Below are positions 61,269 through 64,000 of a stretch of DNA of 64,000 nt, piece after piece. The stretch is from contig JAHQJS010000006.1 of NCBI GenBank assembly GCA_019057385.1, forward strand, positions 32,001 through 96,000, read 5' to 3'. The stretch's first letter is position 1; each line of letters opens with the position of its first letter. Below the pieces are notes generated by a model. The model was not told where the DNA came from, ran no database searches, and worked only from the letters and a program-made list of their open reading frames with translations. The position numbers and the translations under genes are program-made. This DNA is from Candidatus Borrarchaeum weybense. Lineage in GTDB: Archaea > Asgardarchaeota > Sifarchaeia > Borrarchaeales > Borrarchaeaceae.

Positions 61269-62476
61269 GAATACTTCAAGTCACAAACTTCTTTAAACCA
61301 TCATGGGAGGCAGGAGGCCCTGCAAAGATAACATACGAACTATCTAAAAAGTTGCTGGAAAGAGGTCACGAAGTTACAGTTTATACGACTGATGGTTTTA
61401 AGCGGAGGTTAAATGTAGAAAAAAATAGACCTGTAGACGTTGATGGAATAAGGACGTACTATTTTAGGAATTTGTCCAAAAGTCTCGTAACAAAGATATC
61501 TACACTTCCCTATTACGCACCATTGATAGCAAGAAAAGAGATAACAGATTTTGATATTATACATATAAATGAACTCAATATGTTAGGCTTTTTGGTTCAT
61601 CGCTATGCAAAAAAATATAAGATTCCTTATGTATTGCAGGGTCATGGTTCCCTTTTTTTTAAGATAAGTGGAAGAGTTACTTTTTCTTCTGAGGGAAATA
61701 TAGTTATTACAAAAAAAAGATTACTTGGAAGAATGTGGAACGTCCTCTTTGAGCGCCCAACATTATATAATGCATCAAAAATAATTGCCTTGACAGAGAA
61801 AGAAGCAGAGGAATGTAAGAAGATAAATGTAGATGAAAATAGGATTGTGATTATTCCAAATGGAATTAACTTGAATTTATATGAAAACCTGCCAAAAAGA
61901 GGAGAGTTTAGAAGTAAATATTCAATAAAAGATAACGAAAGGCTGATTTTGTACTTAGGTAGAATACATAAAATTAAAGGCATTAATTTACTCATAAAGG
62001 CATTTGCAAGTCTGCTTAAAGAATTGAAAGATGTTAGACTTGTAATTGTGGGACCAGATGATGGATTTATGCCGACTTTAATGAAACATGTAAGAGAGTC
62101 TAACATAGATAATAGAATTTTATTTACAGGGCCATTGTATGAAAAGGAAAAGTTAACAGCTTATGTTGATGCTGATGTTTATGTTCTGCCTTCGATATAT
62201 GAAACCTTCCCAAATACAATACTTGAAGCTTGGGCTTGTGGTACACCTGTAATTGTGACTAATCGATGTGGCATTGCCGATTTTGTTGATAAAGTCGGAT
62301 ACGTGGTCAAATATAATGAAGACCAATTGCGAGGTGCAATTTCTAAGATTATAAGTGACGAAGAGTTAAGAAAAAGAATTGGAGCAGAAAGTAAGAAGTT
62401 GGTGCGAAAAGAGTTTAGTTTGGATAAAGTAATTGGAAAAATAGAAGCATTGTATGAAACAATACTAGCAAAATAA
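61265..62476 (+). CDS. GT4 glycosyltransferase
   Basis: GGP, YLGRIHKIKG, LPSIYETFPNTILEAWACG. Confidence 0.92.
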   Translation: MRILQVTNFFKPSWEAGGPAKITYELSKKLLERGHEVTVYTTDGFKRRLNVEKNRPVDVDGIRTYYFRNLSKSLVTKISTLPYYAPLIARKEITDFDIIHINELNMLGFLVHRYAKKYKIPYVLQGHGSLFFKISGRVTFSSEGNIVITKKRLLGRMWNVLFERPTLYNASKIIALTEKEAEECKKINVDENRIVIIPNGINLNLYENLPKRGEFRSKYSIKDNERLILYLGRIHKIKGINLLIKAFASLLKELKDVRLVIVGPDDGFMPTLMKHVRESNIDNRILFTGPLYEKEKLTAYVDADVYVLPSIYETFPNTILEAWACGTPVIVTNRCGIADFVDKVGYVVKYNEDQLRGAISKIISDEELRKRIGAESKKLVRKEFSLDKVIGKIEALYETILAK

Positions 62477-62508
62477 AAGCATTGTATGAAACAATACTAG
62501 CAAAATAA
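62445..62508 (+). repeat. Perfect 32-bp tandem duplication spanning the GT4 stop codon
   Basis: AAGCATTGTATGAAACAATACTAGCAAAATAA x2. Confidence 0.95.
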
Positions 62509-62608
62509 AATGAAAAACTAAAAACATTAATAATTACAACAATTCTCCCCGAATGATTGTGATAGATGATTTTTCCTAACAAATTTTGCAGTAGATCCTT
62601 TTTGTTTC

Positions 62609-62658
62609 AAGATCGTGAATCTACTACACAATAGACCTTTGCATCACCTTCTCTGAAT
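62609..62658 (+). repeat. Diverged direct repeat of 63950-63999 (orphan copy of a gene 3' end)
   Basis: 44/50 identity; minus strand reads FREGDAKVYCVVDSRS* versus FKEGNAKVYRVIDSRS*. Confidence 0.85.
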
Positions 62659-62735
62659 ACTAAAAGTGAATGATTTTTCTGTTAAAGATTCAAGTCCGCG
62701 ATAGGGTTACATAAAACTTTTTTTTTCTAAAAAAA

Positions 62736-63587
62736 TCAATTTTTTCGATATATTAGCGTGAAAAAATCTCCGGGCGCTGATCCTTCAACATTTTTGTAAA
62801 ATAGAGTCATGTTTAGCTTTTTGGTAATATTGAGATTATTAATGGATTTTTCTCGATTCGTCAAAAACAGATGATTTCCTTCTACATGTAGGTCGTGTTG
62901 ATGTAATCCCGTCCATTTTTCTCTCGTTCCTACCTTGACGAATCCAAAGAGATTCATAAAACCTCCAGGTTTCAAAATATAATATAGTTTGTTGATAAAT
63001 TCTTGCGGTGAGATTGCATGATCCATAGCATTTTGACTTAAGACTAGATGAAAATTATTTTGCTCGAACAGTTCATCTAGACGCTCTCCTGTTCCTTCAA
63101 TACATTTTAATGGATAATTAACCTTGTATTTTTTATTTAAATGATTATAAAGTTTTGCTAGCGGGTCTACAGTAATAATTTTCCACGCGGTTATATTTAA
63201 ATATTCAAAAAATGAAGTCACGGGGCCTGAACCCACATCAATTAACTTCAACTTTTCATTGAAATCTTTTGATAAGATTTCTAACACTTGTCTCATTTCT
63301 TTCGAGTATCTATTTTTTGTTAGATTTGCATCCCACCATTCAGGATATTCGCCAGAAACATGATAACGATAATAAGCGCGTTTCCAATGAAGAATTTCTG
63401 ATGAGTAATCTATGCTATTTGTTAATCTTGCATAGAACTTGTCAGAAAGAAATCTAATATAATATCTAATATTTGTTAAGGATGGATGGGTTATATCAAA
63501 CCAAACACTTCTTAACATTATTTTAGTCACCCAATACCCATTAGAGGGTTTACTCGTATGGATTTCCGATCCCTGCAGTGATTTCAA
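62736..63587 (-). CDS. Class I SAM-dependent methyltransferase
   Basis: LIDVGSGP, VDPLA, NAMDH, LKPGG. Start uncertain. Confidence 0.88.
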   Translation of the reverse strand: MKSLQGSEIHTSKPSNGYWVTKIMLRSVWFDITHPSLTNIRYYIRFLSDKFYARLTNSIDYSSEILHWKRAYYRYHVSGEYPEWWDANLTKNRYSKEMRQVLEILSKDFNEKLKLIDVGSGPVTSFFEYLNITAWKIITVDPLAKLYNHLNKKYKVNYPLKCIEGTGERLDELFEQNNFHLVLSQNAMDHAISPQEFINKLYYILKPGGFMNLFGFVKVGTREKWTGLHQHDLHVEGNHLFLTNREKSINNLNITKKLNMTLFYKNVEGSAPGDFFTLIYRKN

Positions 63588-63947
63588 TTTCCGTCTATGG
63601 TCTTATGGAGTTTCAAAGAGCATCTAACCAAAAAATACGAATAAACTGGTTACGGGCGTCACTATTTTTATTTTAGGGTGGTGTTATTTTAAATAATATT
63701 TTCTAGTATTTTCGGCCAGAATTAGTAATAGCGTACAAGGATATTTTATAGATCGCCTATAGTTTAAAAAGCACAGCGCATTACTTTACAATCTATGTTT
63801 TCATATTTATTGATAAGGTAAAAATGGACCTTGAATTGAAAAACAAAGGAATTAGGAACGATATGAAAGAAATAAGCACTTGTAAAGTGCAATAACAATT
63901 CCCCGAAATCATTATTTTGAAAATAAGATTTTGCAATACATTCTTTT

Positions 63948-64000
63948 TTAAGATCGTGAATCTATGACACGATAGACCTTTGCGTTACCTTCTTTGAATG
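63948..64000 (-). CDS. Probable 3' end of a gene entering from beyond the window
   Basis: ...FKEGNAKVYRVIDSRS* resembles the C-terminal tails of the GT-C-like proteins in this window. Confidence 0.4.
   Translation of the reverse strand, partial: FKEGNAKVYRVIDSRS

Noticed and set aside
62445-62508. 32-bp repeat as a CRISPR array
   Set aside because: Two adjacent copies, no spacer, coding-derived, no cas genes.
49-63457. Many 60-150 aa ORFs antisense to or nested in long genes
   Set aside because: Shadow ORFs of well-supported genes, with no motifs or SD support.

Overview
AT-rich (about 30% GC by eye) 64-kb window that is almost entirely one cell-surface glycan biosynthesis and modification region. 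It is probably archaeal (inference from GGTG/GGTGA-type Shine-Dalgarno sites, TATA-like boxes, frequent TTG/GTG starts, a DPM1-like GT2 plus DUF2304 pair and several GT-C membrane glycosyltransferases). It holds about 12 GT-B/GT4-type genes, about 7 GT2-type genes, 4 GT-C-like membrane proteins, 12 apparently intact class I SAM methyltransferases plus several pseudogenes, 2 sulfotransferases, 2 radical SAM enzymes, a deacetylase, an ATP-grasp ligase, a Gfo/Idh/MocA oxidoreductase and WecB. The strongest structural signal is a roughly 31-kb mirror-image arrangement (20.2-51.3 kb). Two Wzm/Wzt ABC glycan exporter operons face each other with paralogous GT/methyltransferase modules, reciprocal pseudogenisation and a GT gene fusion. 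A 250-bp, 248/250-identical inverted repeat lies inside the two converging GT2 genes. Several small non-autonomous mobile-element remnants are present, including an IS200/IS605 derivative that appears to keep promoter, omegaRNA and both ends but has lost tnpB. No rRNA, tRNA, CRISPR array, intact transposase or recombinase was seen.
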